Shown: positions 50,740-63,243 of the stretch, in pieces
How positions within the stretch are numbered: position 1 is the stretch's first letter
Layout of the letters: every line of letters starts with the position of its first letter
DNA from: Octopus vulgaris
Lineage: Eukaryota
Reading direction: 5' to 3'
Length of the DNA stretch: 64,000 nt
Assembly (NCBI GenBank): GCA_951406725.2
Contig: OX597816.1
Location: 166,222,001 to 166,286,000 of the forward strand
Translations under genes and position numbers: made by a program
Notes under the pieces: model-generated
Databases searched by the model: none
The model's input: only the letters and a program-made list of their open reading frames with translations
Told to the model about the DNA's origin: nothing

Positions 50740-51353
50740 TGGACTGAGATGACATCTACAAGTGTCAAGTATTTTTCTGGGTATTCTAACAATTCCAACT
50801 GTTCCACGAATTGCCGTTTTCTGTAAGGGCTACATCCTGATGTTCCCGATTCTTTAAAAAAAGTAGTTTTCAATTCTGCTGCTCGCAGTACGAAGTGCCT
50901 TGACCACAACTGGGACTACCTCAACCTTTTCCATTGCCCACAAATCTTTTATCTCACATGCTTGCAGTTCATATCTCTCAATCTTTGTATAAGGTTTGTG
51001 ACAATTCTTTGTCACAAACCTTATAGTCGGTTGCACAAACCACATCTAGGATCAAACACTGTTGACTCTGTTAATCTGGTTTGTGGTGTTCAGTTTCATG
51101 ATCACATTGTTCTACAAAGCTCCATAAGATCCTGGCATACTCCTTTACTCTTTTACTGGTTGCAGTCATTTGACTGCGGCCATGCTGGAGCACCGCCTTT
51201 AGTCGAGCAAATCGACTTCATGACTTATTCATTGTAAGCCTAGTACTTATTCTATCAGTTCTCTTTTGCCGAACAGTTAAGTTACGGGGACGTAAACACA
51301 CCACCATCGGTTGTCAAGCGATCTTGGGGGGACAAACACAGACACGCAAACAC

Positions 51354-51386
<33 letters not shown>

Positions 51387-51403
51387 CATACACGCTTTAT
51401 TGA

Positions 51404-51501
<98 letters not shown>

Positions 51502-52205
51502 CGACGGGCTTCTTTCAGTTTCCGTCTACCAAATCCACTCACAAGGCTTTGGTCGGCATGAAGCTATAGTAGAAGACACTTGCCCAAGGTGCCACGCAGT
51601 GGGGCTGAACCCGGAACCATGTGGCTGGGAAGCAAGCTACTTACCACACAGCCACTCCTACGCGTATGGTCATGGTCATTTTCTACAACGCCTTCTGGTT
51701 TGACCTTATGCCATTGGCCTGCTTTTTCAAGATCATATTTACTGCATAACTCCTAATGAACGATTTTCGACACGTTACCATGGCGTCGCTTTTGTAATTT
51801 CTGCGTCAGCTTTGTGCACCAGCTGGCGTTATTTTAGAGCGATGTTAGAGCTTTGACCTACATATTTGTTTTCTCTTGATATTATTCCAAGTGCTCCAAT
51901 AATAATAGGTTGTTTTGAGACGCCACATTCTTCTTACTATATTCTCTCCGTCCTTATGTTTGCCCAATTTCTCAAACGTTTTCAGTGACGTAATTTTGTC
52001 AGCTGGAACTGAAGCATCAATCAGGTAAGTCTCTTCTATGTGATTTTCACAATGAGATTTGATCGGTTTGTCTATATTTTCCGATCAGTCTGATCTCTGA
52101 AACTCCAAAGGATGGTAACCTCGGCCTTCGAGCTTGTGTTTCCACCAATTATTTTCGTGAGAGAGGTCGTATGTGCGGCATATTGACCAGTGAACTACTT
52201 TGTCA
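50740..52205 (-). mobile_element. two degraded Dong/R4 RLE fragments, one split by a CORE SINE (51143-51664)
   Basis: First fragment: VHWSICR, TILW, LIDASVP, PIIIGALG. Second: KRRHGNV...PEGVVEND, then the SINE, then RILWSF...KPD and VVPVVV. Confidence 0.7.
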
Positions 52206-52570
52206 TATTTCTTTATTGCCCACAAGGCGCTAAACATAGATGGGACAAACAAGGACAGACAAACGGATTAAGTCGATTACATCGACCCCAGTGCGTAACT
52301 GGTACTTAATTTATCGAACCCGAAAGGATGAAAGGCAAAGTCGACCTAGGCCGAATTTGAACTCGGAACGTAATGGTAGACGAAATACCTGTTTCTTTAT
52401 TGCCCACAAGGAGCTAAACATAGAGGGGACAAACAAGGACAGACACACGGATTAAGTCGATTACATCGACCCCAGTGCGTAACTGATACTTAATTTATCG
52501 ACCCCGAAAGGATGAAAGGCAAAGTCGACATCGGCGGAATTTGAACTCAGAACGTAACGGCAGACGAAAA
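52205..52570 (-). mobile_element. Meta-SINE dimer
   Basis: Same units as 1121-2282. Confidence 0.85.
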
Positions 52571-52571
52571 C

Positions 52572-53880
52572 CGTCATTGGTCATGGAGCTGACCACACAG
52601 GAAATCAAAGTGGTAGGAATTATAATGAAGGAATATCAAAAAGTAACGGATACAAGCATTAACAAGAACAAGTTAGAGACTTGGCAACTCAGAACCATTC
52701 AAGTGAGTCATACTGGCCGGCAGCGATAGCTTCGACTGTCGATGAGTCGACGGTCTAGCACACCGGGCGAAATGCTTAGCGGTATTTCGTCTGCCGCTAC
52801 CTTTCTGAGTTCAAATTCCGCCGAGGTCGACTTTGCCTTTCATCCTTTCGGGGTCGATTAAATAAGTACCAGTTACGCACTGGGGTCGATATAATCGACT
52901 TAATCCGTTTGTCTGTCCTTGTTTGTCCCTTCTGTGTTTAGCCCCTTGTGGGTAGTAAAGAAATAGGTATTTCGCCTGCCGCAACGTTCTGAGTTCAAAT
53001 TCCGCCGAGGTCGACTTTGCCTTTCATCCTTTCGGGGTCGATTAAATAAGTACCAGTTACGCACTGGGAGTCGATATAATCGACTTAATCCGTTTGTCCT
53101 CTCTGTGTTTGGTTCCTTGTGGGTAGTAAAGAAATAGGTCCTACTAAGGTTCATGTGGTATGATTCAGTTCGGCTCTCCAAACAGATAGGAACTGGTACG
53201 AGGTTTCAAACAGGGTGGCGAGTCTCACTGTGAAACGGGCTGAAAGGTCGGGTAGAAGTGACGAATTGCAACATCCCCATTCACTATTACTGCTTGACTG
53301 TCGCACCTTGTTCTACTTCGTTTCTGATCAGATTGGAGCGAGTGTTCTTTTGTTGTTTATGGATGGGCTTATTCCACTGTTTAGAAAGGGAAGATGTATT
53401 GTTGGTTCAACATAAACTCAACAGGTACAGACATACTGTCAGCTGGGTCAGATGCGCATCAACCAACAAAACGATTCAGCATTTATTCATTCACTGACCG
53501 AGCATTATTGACTTGTGGAGTAAATATTAAACAGCTATGGTCGCATGTAGGAAGGATTTAGCTGTTAGCCGGGTCTGCTGTTCATAGCAGGTTTATGCTG
53601 AGAACAAAATTGAAATGATCGAGGATAGACACATTCCTCGTTGGTCAGGTCCTCAGTAATTTCTCCAAGTTCTACTTAGAGAGATGAAGTCAGTGAGGAG
53701 ATAGCGTGCGGTCCTTCAGCGAACTTGCTGAAAAGTAGATGGGAGGGGCGAATATGGCCCGAGTAAAAGGGTTATTTCAGCATGTACCTGTAGGCTAGAG
53801 ACAACGGCTAGAAGAGTGAAGGTGATCCAGGGTCTGTGAGGATCTGTTACCAGATGGCTGGCCCTTTAGTGGGTCCTTTA
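52572..53880 (+). mobile_element. degraded L1/Tx1 ORF2 remnant interrupted by a Meta-SINE dimer (about 52755-53137)
   Basis: EIKVVGIIMKEYQKVT..INKNK, DG|PTK, NWYEVSNRV, LKGRVEV and YYCLTVAPC..IRLERVFFCCLW. Confidence 0.65.
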
Positions 53881-54217
53881 ATATAATTTATATTGATATT
53901 TTTCATGCTTTGTTCACATCATTCTTGTGTACACAACCAGTAAAGAGCAATACTTCTCAGCTCCTCCTTTCACCAAATCATATTTTCTTATATTGTCTTA
54001 ACACAATATGTACTTCACTTTAGATGTGTAAACCACTGTCACGCTACGTTAATTTTTTTTTATATAGAAATTAATAACGAAGATTTACATAAAATTACTA
54101 GACCGTGACACATAACCAATAACGTCTCGGTTCACTAATCACACAATACCTTTGTATTTATTCTAATACTAACAAAAGATTTTTGTGAAAACGTGTTAAA
54201 GTTATAAGTATAGTACA

Positions 54218-54340
54218 TCTACTATAATAATACTCTTGTGTTTTTTCCGTCACTACATATGAATGAGAAAAGAAGGCGTGACAGATGAATAAGGAGGGAA
54301 GAGATGATGGCAAACTGGAGCGTTTCAACTATGTGTGAGT
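54218..54340 (+). mobile_element. Helitron 5' fragment (same family as 30097)
   Basis: A|TCTACTATAATAATACTCTTGTG start identical to 30097. Confidence 0.7.
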
Positions 54341-54347
54341 GTAGTGA

Positions 54348-54963
54348 GTGCTTTTTACGTGCCACCGGCACGGGAGCCAGTCAGGCGGCACTGGAATCGG
54401 CCACGTTAGGATGGTGCTTTTTGCGTGTCACCGGCACAGGAGCCAGGCGAGGCGGGCGGAGGTGCTGGCATCGACCACGTTCGGATAGGGCTTTTTACGT
54501 GTCACCGGCACGGGGGGCCAGTCAGGCGGCACTGGCATCGTCCACGTTCGGATGGTGCTTTTTACGTGCCACAGGCACAGGAGCCAGGCGAGGCGGGAGG
54601 GCGTGCTGGCATCGACCACGTTCGGATAGCGCTTTTTACGTGCCACCGGCACGGGGAGCCAATCAGGCAGCACTAGCATCGACCCACGCATGAATGGTGC
54701 TTATTACGTGCCACCAGCACGAGAGCCAGTTAAGCGGCACTGGCATCGGTCACGTTCGGATGGTGCTTTTTACGTGTCACCGGCACAGGAGCCAGGCGGG
54801 GCGAGAGGGAGGGGGCTGGCATCGACTACGTCCGGATAGCGCTTTTTACGTCCCACTGGCACGGGGAGCCAATCATGTAGCACTGGCAACGACCCACGCA
54901 TGAATGGTGCTTATTGCGTGCCACCAGCACGAGAGCCAGTTAGGCGGGACTGGCATCGACTAC
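54348..54963. repeat. GC-rich minisatellite, 9 units of about 66-77 bp
   Basis: Unit GCTTTTTACGTGCCACCGGCAC..GAGCCAG..CTGGCATCG..CACG. The same unit occurs inside the SINE-like elements at 61897-62145 and 63655-63947. Confidence 0.9.
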
Positions 54964-55106
54964 AACTACAATTCCCATTTGATTGTGATTTGATTTCTCC
55001 TGAAGATTTAAGATCTATGGAACCCATATTTGTGGACACAGACTAAAGAAGATAGAGCTTTGTGATATTTCGTCCGGCGTGCGAACGATTCTGCCTGCTT
55101 ACCACC

Positions 55107-55173
<67 letters not shown>

Positions 55174-55174
55174 T

Positions 55175-55606
55175 AATCACAAGACCTGAAATTTGGGTGA
55201 GGGAGATAGTCGATTAGATCGACCCCAGTGTTTCACCGGTACTTAATTTATCGATCCCGAAAGGATGAAAGGCAAAGTTGACCCCGGTGGAATTTGAACT
55301 CAGAACGTAGCGACAGGTGAAATACTACTAAGCATTTCGCCCAGCATGCTAACAATTCTGTCAGCTCACCGCCGTAATAATAATAATAATAATCCTTTCT
55401 ACTATAGGCACAAGGACTCAAATTTTGGGGGAGGGGACCAGTCGATTACATCGACCCCAGTGTTTCACTGGTACTTAATTTATCGACCCTGAAAGGATGA
55501 AAGGCAAAGTTGACCTCGGCGGAATTTGAACTTAGAACATAGTGACGGGCGAAATACCGCTAAGCATTTCGCCCGGCTTGCTCACGTTTCTGCCAGCTCA
55601 CACCCT
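55175..55606 (-). mobile_element. two Meta-domain SINEs
   Basis: The Meta motif occurs twice, with (AAT)n between the copies. Confidence 0.8.
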
Positions 55607-55844
55607 TCTTAAAAACATTAATGACGAAGGTGAGTGTGTGTGCACACATTTGTGTGTACCCATGTGACGGTCGCAAATGCGCTCCAGTGTAATCCAAGCA
55701 CGGTTGTTCATTTCCAGTCTTCTGTGAAAAAACGTCTGGCCGCGGTGAAATACCGCGCTTGGATGCAGATGATGGTTGGTGACTGGGAAAGTATCCGACT
55801 GTAGAAAAACTGCCTCGTGCAAGCATGAAAAAAGTGGACATTAA

Positions 55845-56240
55845 ATGAATGATGATGATGATGATGATGATGTTGGGGGTGATGATGGTGATGATGGTGG
55901 TGATGATGGTGATGATGATGGTGGTGATGGTGGTGATGATGGTGGTGATGGTGGTGATGATGGTGGTGATGATGGTGATGATGGTGATGGTGATGATGAT
56001 GATGATGATGGTGGTGATGGTGGTGATGATGGTGGTGATGATGGTGATGGTGGGAATGATGGTGGTGGTGATGGTGGTGATGATGATGGTGTTGGTGGTG
56101 ATGGTGATGATGATGATGGTGATGATGATGGTGGTGATGATGATGATGGTGATGATGGTGATGATGGTGGTGATGATGGTGGTGATGGAGGTGATGGTGG
56201 TGATGGTGATGATGATGGTGATGGTGATGATGATGATGAT
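55845..56240. repeat. (GAT/GGT)n low-complexity tract
   Basis: Seen directly. It follows a GGACATTAAATGA tail and is probably an expanded SINE tail. Confidence 0.9.
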
Positions 56241-56244
56241 TAAT

Positions 56245-56620
56245 TTCCTTCAGTTCCTGTCAGCCAGTGTCACTCAAACTGTGGCCATACTGAAAGACAC
56301 AGTATGGACGTCGCGTTGAAGAGGAATTGAAACAGGTAAATTCATCTCCGGACGCGGGTTGATTAGTTTTTTCAACTATTACCTGCGGAGTAAGATCCGT
56401 CTGGAGAGGAAGTCCCTGTCTCAAGATATGTTTCAAAAAAGATGGACGCATGTAGTGAGAATGATGCGAGTGGAAGGTGTCGAGCTGGTGTAGCCAGTTC
56501 TGGGGAAAAAAGGGGGAAAAAAAGGTATGAAAACAGCCGGCAGGTTGATTAGAACCCCGCACCCGTTTTTTATATTACTTCGATTTTCCGATTTTTATTC
56601 ATCCGACTTCTATTTTATGT
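56245..56620 (+). mobile_element. L1/Tx1 ORF2 C-terminal remnant
   Basis: VAILKDTVWTSR*RG...FISGRGLISFFNYYLRSKIRLERKSLS..FQKRW. Confidence 0.6.
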
Positions 56621-56642
56621 ATATTCTATTAGTAGTTATAGT

Positions 56643-56982
56643 GGAGGCGCAATGGCCCAGTGGTTAGGGCAGCGGACTCGCGGTCATAGGATCGCGGTTT
56701 CGATTCCCAGACCGGGCGTTGTGAGTGTTTATTGAGCGAAAACACCTAAAGCTCCACGAGGCTCCGGCACAACTTTCTCTCACTTTTACTTCCTGTTTCT
56801 GTTGTACCTGTATTTCAAGAGGCCGGCCTTGTCACTCTATGTGTCACGCTGAATATCCCCGAGAACTACGTTAAGGGTACACGTGTCTGTGGAGCCACTC
56901 ACACGTTAATTTCACGAGCAGGCTGTTCCGTTGATTCGGATCAACCGGAACCCTCGTCGTCGTAACCGACGGAGTGCTTCCA
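56643..56982 (+). mobile_element. tRNA(Arg-like)-headed SINE
   Basis: Head identical to the 8539 copy. Confidence 0.85.
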
Positions 56983-57496
56983 TATAATTAAAAAAAAAAA
57001 CCCATTTCATTGTAACAAACTCTATGTGTTGTGGTGTCCATATTCGTCCCCTCTATGTTCGTCTTGTATAGACAAATAAAGAAATCAGTGTCACTCAAAC
57101 TTTGGTAACCCCAGCTGTTATAGAAGGTATTTGCCCAAGGTGCCACTATACTGTGGGACTGAACCTGAAACAGCATGAGTGGAATGCAAACTTCTTAACC
57201 CTTCAGCCACGTTCGCACTTATTGAAACAAGAAATGGTACACATATTGTTTTTTATGTTGAAATGTGTTTTTCTTTTAATATTCTTTTATTTATTCTTTC
57301 ATTCATTTCCAGTGCGACCATGCTGGAGCACCGCCTTTAGTCGAACAAATCAGCCCCAGGACTTATTCTTTTGTAAGCCTAGTACTTATGCTACCAGTCT
57401 CTTTTGCTTAACCGCTTAGTTATGGAGGACGTAAACACACCAACATCGGTTGTGAAGAGATAGTGGAGGGACAAACACAGACACAAAGACACACAC

Positions 57497-57539
<43 letters not shown>

Positions 57540-57548
57540 GAATATATA

Positions 57549-57720
57549 CTGTTGCGCCCGAACATCGACGTCACAGAAATACACGTCACGGTGCTTAACC
57601 TGCAAAGGGAGGTAATTCCCCGATGAAGCGGGAATTACCTCCCTTTGCAGGTTAAGGGCACCGTGACGGTGTCGAGCCTTTCTGGTGACGTCGATGTTCG
57701 CCTGGGGCTAAATGCAACAG
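57549..57720. mobile_element. foldback (hairpin) MITE flanked by TA
   Basis: TA|CTGTTGC...GCAACAG|TA with a perfect 26-bp inner stem TTAACCTGCAAAGGGAGGTAATTCCC. Confidence 0.8.
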
Positions 57721-57815
57721 TAACACCCCCACCACCCTGCCCTGTCCCTAGCCATATTCAGATGGCTTTAGTCCCTTATGTTATTGAGCAGTTACTGTCT
57801 ATATCCCTTTTAGAG

Positions 57816-57876
<61 letters not shown>

Positions 57877-57878
<2 letters not shown>

Positions 57879-58232
57879 CGTAGGAGTGGGTGTGTGGTAA
57901 GTAGATTGCTTACCAACAACATGGTCCCGGGTTCAGTTTTCAACTATAACCTCAGTCCGACCAAAGCCTTATGAGTGGATTTGGTAGACGGAAACTGAAA
58001 GAAGCCCGTCGTATATATATGTATGTGTGTGTATATGTATGTGTGTCTGCGTTTGTCCTCCACCATCGCTTGACAACCGATGATGGTGTGTTTACATCCC
58101 CGTAACTTAGCGGTTCGGCAAAAGACACCGATACAATAAGTACTAGGCTTCCAAAGAATAAGTCCTGGGGTCGATTTGTTCGACCTAAGGCGGTGCTCCA
58201 GCAAGGCCGCAGTCAAATGACTGAAACAAAAA

Positions 58233-58269
<37 letters not shown>

Positions 58270-58437
58270 CACACACGATGGGCTTCTTTCGGTTTCCATC
58301 TACCAAATCCACTCACAAGGCTTTGGTCGGCCCGAGGCTACAGTAAAAGACACTTGCCCAAGGTGTCACGCAGTGGGATTGAACCCAGAACCATGTGGTT
58401 GGGGAAGCAACCTTCTTACCACACAGCCACATCTGCA
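57877..58437. mobile_element. CORE SINE (+, 57877-58232) and partial CORE SINE (-, 58270-58437)
   Basis: Members of the 3266-3653 family. Confidence 0.8.
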
Positions 58438-58631
58438 CTTATTAAAACAGAAAATATGTTGAAATGTAGTTTCCTTGAATTTTATTGTTTTTCATTTTCT
58501 GTTTTTCTAAATCGGATAAATATCAAAAAAGTTGACATTTCAGAATACCTGTCCGTGAGTTATGTAAAAACAGAATCCTAACAAGAATGCAATGACTCGT
58601 TCAGATAATAATATAAATAATATTTATACAT

Positions 58632-59165
58632 GGAGGCGCGTGGCTTAGTGGTTAGGGCATTCGGCTCATGATCGTAAGGTTGTGAGTTCGATTCCCGGCG
58701 ACGCGTTGTGTCCTTGAGCAAGACACTTTATTTCAAGTTGCTCCAGTCCACTCAGCTGGCAAAAATGAGTTGTACTTGTATTTCAAAGGGTCAGCCTTGT
58801 CACTCTCTGTGTCACGCTGATTATCCCCGAGAACTACGTTAAGGGTACACGTGTCTGTGGAATGCTCAGCCATTTGCACATTAATTTCACGAGCAAGCTG
58901 TTCCGTTGATCGTATCAGCTGGGACCCACGTCGTAACCGGCGGAGTCTTTAGGTTGTCAGCATCATGATCATAAGATTGTGGTTTCGATACCTGGAATCT
59001 TGAGCAAAACACTTCATTTCACGTTACTCCTGTCCACTCAGCTGGCAAAAATGAATAACGCTGCGATGGACTGGCGTCCCGTCCAGCTGGGGAACACTTA
59101 CGCCATAGAAGCCGGGAAACTGGGCCCATGAGCCTGGCTAGGCTTTATAAAAAGGGGCGCATTTA
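58632..59165 (+). mobile_element. two adjacent tRNA-derived SINEs
   Basis: 58632-58948 is the 16813 type; 58950-59165 is the 129-376 type. Confidence 0.8.
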
Positions 59166-59195
59166 TTTATTTATGTTAATATTTATATAGTTTCT

Positions 59196-59733
59196 AAGGC
59201 GGTGATCTCGCAGAAACGTTAGCACGCCGGACGAAATGCTTAGCGGCATTTCGTCTGTCTTTACGTTCTGAGTTCAAATTCCGCCGAGGTCGACTTTGCC
59301 TTTCATCCTTTCGTGGTCAATAAATTAAGTACCAATTGTGTACAGGGGCCGATCTAATCGACCGGCTCCCTCCCAAAAAGTTTCGGGCCTTGTGCCTAGA
59401 GTAGAAAAGAATATTTTAAAGGCGGCGAGATGGCAGAAATGTTAGCACTCAGGGCGAAATGCTTAGCGGTATTTCGTCTGCCGCTACATTCTGAGTTCAA
59501 ATTCCGCCGAGGTCAACTTTGCCTTTCATCCTTTCGGGGTCAATTAAATAAGTACCAGTTACGCACTGGGGTCGATATAATCGACTTAATCCGTTTGTCT
59601 ATCCTTGTTTATCCTCTCTGTATTTAGCCCCTTGTGGGTAGTAAAGAAATAGGTATTTCGTCTGTCACTACGTTCTGAGTTCAAATTCCGCCGAGGTCGA
59701 CTTTGCCTTTCATCCTTTCAGGGTCGATAAATT
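59196..59733 (+). mobile_element. Meta-domain SINE cluster
   Basis: One monomer followed by a dimer with the recurrent AAAGAAATAG|GTATTTCG junction. Confidence 0.85.
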
Positions 59734-59964
59734 AGATCCACTAGACACCGACTACAAGAGTCAACTCTTCAACTCTTGATGACCAGCTACTGGTCTGCTT
59801 ATAATGACTGGTTCCTACCATTTTTTACCAGAAGGGGTATACAGTTTCACTATACGACAATAAGTTTAGGGAAGATACATCTTTTCATGTAGTTATCAAG
59901 TTGTTATTCTTGAGACAATAGAATATAGTGTTTTACAGTCACTTGTAAGCGTGACGAAAGTTTA

Positions 59965-61030
59965 CAGTACCAGGCTTTGCAAAAGTCCTGTTACATTCGG
60001 TTTTAGGTCTTTCAAAAGGTTCACATATGTGATAAAAAAAGTGTTGTAAAACATACTTCAAGTCCCACTTTTCCAGCACTTGTCATTAAAACGTCTTTTC
60101 CATTGTGTGCAAGTGTATCGAGATGAAAGCAAAAAAAAATCGAGATCTCTTAACAAGTTCGACATCACCAAGTAGCTCAACGTCAGCCAGAGAACTGTCC
60201 AGAGAGTTGCAGAGAGGCTCAAGAATGGGAAAAACCTCAAAGATTGACCTCAGGTTGCCAACCGTTTGGCTGTAAGAAAGGCCTTGAAAAGTGATCCAAA
60301 GCTCAAAATGATTACACTCATGAAGACCAACAACTTGGTGGTTACAGTGTCCAGAACCATCAAGAAGGGCAGCAAGAACATAAGGGGTGTGGAAAGGCTT
60401 CTTCTCACCGACCACAGGGGAGAACATCAGGAGTACTGTTGTCACTTTCTCAAAGACTTGAAGTGCCATGGCAACTGATTTACTCATTTTTTCTGATGGA
60501 AAAAAACCTTCACGATCGATCTGGTTGTCAACAAGCAGAACGGCTGCATGTTCAACATCAGCCAGGATGTCTCCAGGGTCTTATGTGTCTTTAACCAAGC
60601 ACCCAGCCTCCATAATGATGCTCGGAATTATGGCTTCAAATGACAAGACGATGCCACCACTATGGTCCATGGCTGGCTACAGGGATATCTTGGCCACAAA
60701 AGTCCTGCCCTGCGTGAGAAAGATCACAAAGAAGGCAGACTATGTCTTTCAGAAGGACAGTGCCCTGCCCCATACAGCCAAGGCTGTGCAAGAGTGGTTG
60801 GGGACAAACATGAACTTCTGGCCAAACGACTTTTGGTCATGGCAGTCACCCAACCTCAGCCCCCTCGACTACAGCATATGGGTACATGTCAAGGCCAAAA
60901 CCTGCAAGGTCTGTCACAGCATTGTCAATGAGCTGAAGTCCTCTGTCAACCACGTTTATGCCAGCATGAGGAAGGACTTTGTCCACAACATGTGCACAGC
61001 CTTCAGGTCTCACCTGGAGCACATGCTGTT
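59965..61030 (+). mobile_element. degenerate Tc1/mariner (maT-like) transposon with transposase pseudogene from about 60123
   Basis: HTH-like LNVSQRTVQRV, IFSD, TKHPASIMMLG, YVFQKD..PHTAK and SPNLSPLDYSIW, with several stops and frameshifts. I did not find the right TIR. Confidence 0.85.
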
Positions 61031-61419
61031 GTTGTTGTTGTTAAGCAACAAGACGGGTAAGGGTGATTAGGTGATGATCTTGGGTTTAAGAGTGGGAGAC
61101 CCAGACCTTGGAAAAAAAATAAAAACTTTGGTTGTCTTGTAGTCGAGGGCTCTTCATTGACACCTGACACCACTGGGTGGTGGCCCTCAAAGTCGCTGGA
61201 AATGGAGATCTCCTGGTCCAAGTTCTTGAACGGCGGAGTACATGCTTGCTGCCGAAAGCAGCCACAATGATTAATATTAATCTTTAGACACATATTTATA
61301 TGTTAAGCCAATAAAAATATGTCTAACTGCATCAAAGCTATCATTGTCTCCTTTGTTGAGTGAGTTGTAATGAGTGCAAGAGGACTTTTGCAAAGCTCAA
61401 TATTTCAGTTTTGCATTGT

Positions 61420-61615
61420 AAAAAGCACTGGTGCTGGTGCCCCATAAAAAGCATCCAGTATAAACTGTAAAGTGGCTGGCATTGGGAAGGGCATTCAGCT
61501 ATAGAAACCATGCCAAAACATACAAATGGAGCCTGGTGTGGCTCCTGGCTTTGCCACTTCCTGTCAAACTGTCCAACCCATGCCAGCATGGAAAATAGAT
61601 GTTAAAAGATGATTT
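61420..61615 (+). mobile_element. SINE-like element with GGCATTGGGAAGGGCAT motif
   Basis: Same family as 63655-63947. Confidence 0.65.
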
Positions 61616-61896
61616 TAGATGATTATCTTTGCAGGGTATGCAATGAATCAAATATTTATCTTTTTCTTTTATCTTCTACTTGTTTCAGTAATTAAACTGT
61701 GGCCATACTGGGACATCGCTTTGAAGAATTCTTAGTCAAATGAATTGACCGAAGTACTTATTTTTTTATCAAGCCTGGTACTTATTTTATCAGTGTCTTT
61801 TGCTGAACCGCTAAGTTACAGGGGCACTGACACACCAGTACTGCTTGTCAAGCAGTGGTGGGAGACAAACAGACACAAAGACTCGCATACATAAAC

Positions 61897-62145
61897 ATCA
61901 TCATCATCATCGTTCAACGTCCACTTTCCATGCTAGCATGGATTGGACGATTTGACTGAGGACTGGCGAACCAGATGGCTGCAGCAGGCTCCAGTCTGAT
62001 CTCACAGAGTTTCTACAGCTGGATGCCCTTCCTAACGCCAACCACTCCGAGAGTGTAGTGGGTGCTTTTACGTGTCACTGGCATGAGGGCCAGTCTGGTG
62101 GTACTGGCAACGGCCACGCTCGAAATGATGTTTTTTTATGTGCCA
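61897..62145 (-). mobile_element. SINE-like element with (GAT)n tail
   Basis: Reverse complement of the 63655-63947 family. Confidence 0.7.
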
Positions 62146-62167
62146 TATATATATATATATATATATA

Positions 62168-62327
62168 CTGTATTTTTACATGTATAAGGAACCCTTTTTT
62201 GTCAAAAATTAGGTTAAAAAAATATGGGAGTTTCTTATACATGGATAGTATTATAGATATCAATAAATTAATTCCTTGAACCTCAAATCTCCAAATTAGG
62301 GGGTTCCTTATACACATTAAAAAATGG
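62168..62327. mobile_element. pogo/Tc2-like MITE flanked by TA
   Basis: TA|CTGTATTTTTACATGTATAAGGAACCC ... GGGTTCCTTATACACATTAAAAAATGG|TA. Confidence 0.7.
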
Positions 62328-62496
62328 TATATATATTATATATATATATATATATATGTGATGTGCATCTTTCAGTTTCCATCAACTAAATCCACTTACA
62401 AAGCTTTGGCAGGCCCAAGGCTATAGTAGAAGACACTTTCCCATGGTGCCATATAGTAGAACTGAGCCTAGAACCACATGATTGGGAAACAAGCTG

Positions 62497-62729
62497 CTTA
62501 TTTCTTTATTGCCCACAAGGAGCTAAACATAGAGGGGACAAACAAGGACAGACAAAGGGAGTAAGTCGATAACATCGACCCAAGTGCATAACTGGTACTT
62601 AATTTATCGACCCCGAAAGGATGAAAGGCAAAGTCGACCTTGGCGGAATTTGAGCTCAGAACGTAAAGACACGAAATACTGCTAAGCATTTCGCCCGGCG
62701 TGATAACGTTTCTGCCAACTTGCCGCCTT
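62497..62729 (-). mobile_element. Meta-domain SINE monomer
   Basis: Full head-to-tail copy. Confidence 0.85.
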
Positions 62730-62912
62730 GGCACTAAGCTACACCTATTGTTGTATTTTGGTAGAAGTATGTTGTCAATTAAAAAAAAACAACATGCCCT
62801 GGTGTTTATCCCATTTGTTGCCATATTTCTGTTGAAGTACACTGCTTTTGTTTAAAACAGTTTTGAGAATAATGAAGAATTTAGCCAAATAATTTTGTCA
62901 TAATTAACAGTG

Positions 62913-63032
62913 GCTTACGGCCATATCACGTTGAAAGCACCGGTTCTCGTCTGATCACCAGAGTTAAGCAACATCGAGCCTAGTTAGTACTTAGATGGGT
63001 GACCGCTTGGGAAACCTAGGTGCTGTAAGCAT
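62913..63032 (+). rRNA. 5S rRNA: solitary 5S rRNA copy, probably a pseudogene
   Basis: 120 nt, GCTTACGGCCATATCACGTTGAAAGCACCGGTTCTCGTCTGATC...AGTTAAGC...AGTACTTAGATGGGTGACCGCTTGGGAA...GCTGTAAGC, with paired termini. No oligo-T terminator follows. Confidence 0.9.
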
Positions 63033-63046
63033 TCCCTCTTGTTTAT

Positions 63047-63210
63047 AGGCGCAGGAGTGGCTGTGTGGTAAGTAGCTTGCTAACCAGCTACATGGTTCTG
63101 GGTTCAGTCCCACTGCGTGGCATCTTGGGCAAGTGTCTTCTGCTATAGCCCCAGGCCGACCAATGCCTTGAGAGTGGATTTGGTAAACAGAAACTGAAAG
63201 AAGCCTGTTG

Positions 63211-63243
<33 letters not shown>

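Noticed and set aside
54348-54963. CRISPR-like repeat/spacer appearance
   Set aside because: The variable parts are short and themselves repeated, there are no cas genes, and the context is eukaryotic.
55845-56319. Asp/Gly-rich or Met/Val-rich protein ORFs
   Set aside because: A trinucleotide expansion between a SINE tail and a Tx1 remnant, with no splice or coding support.
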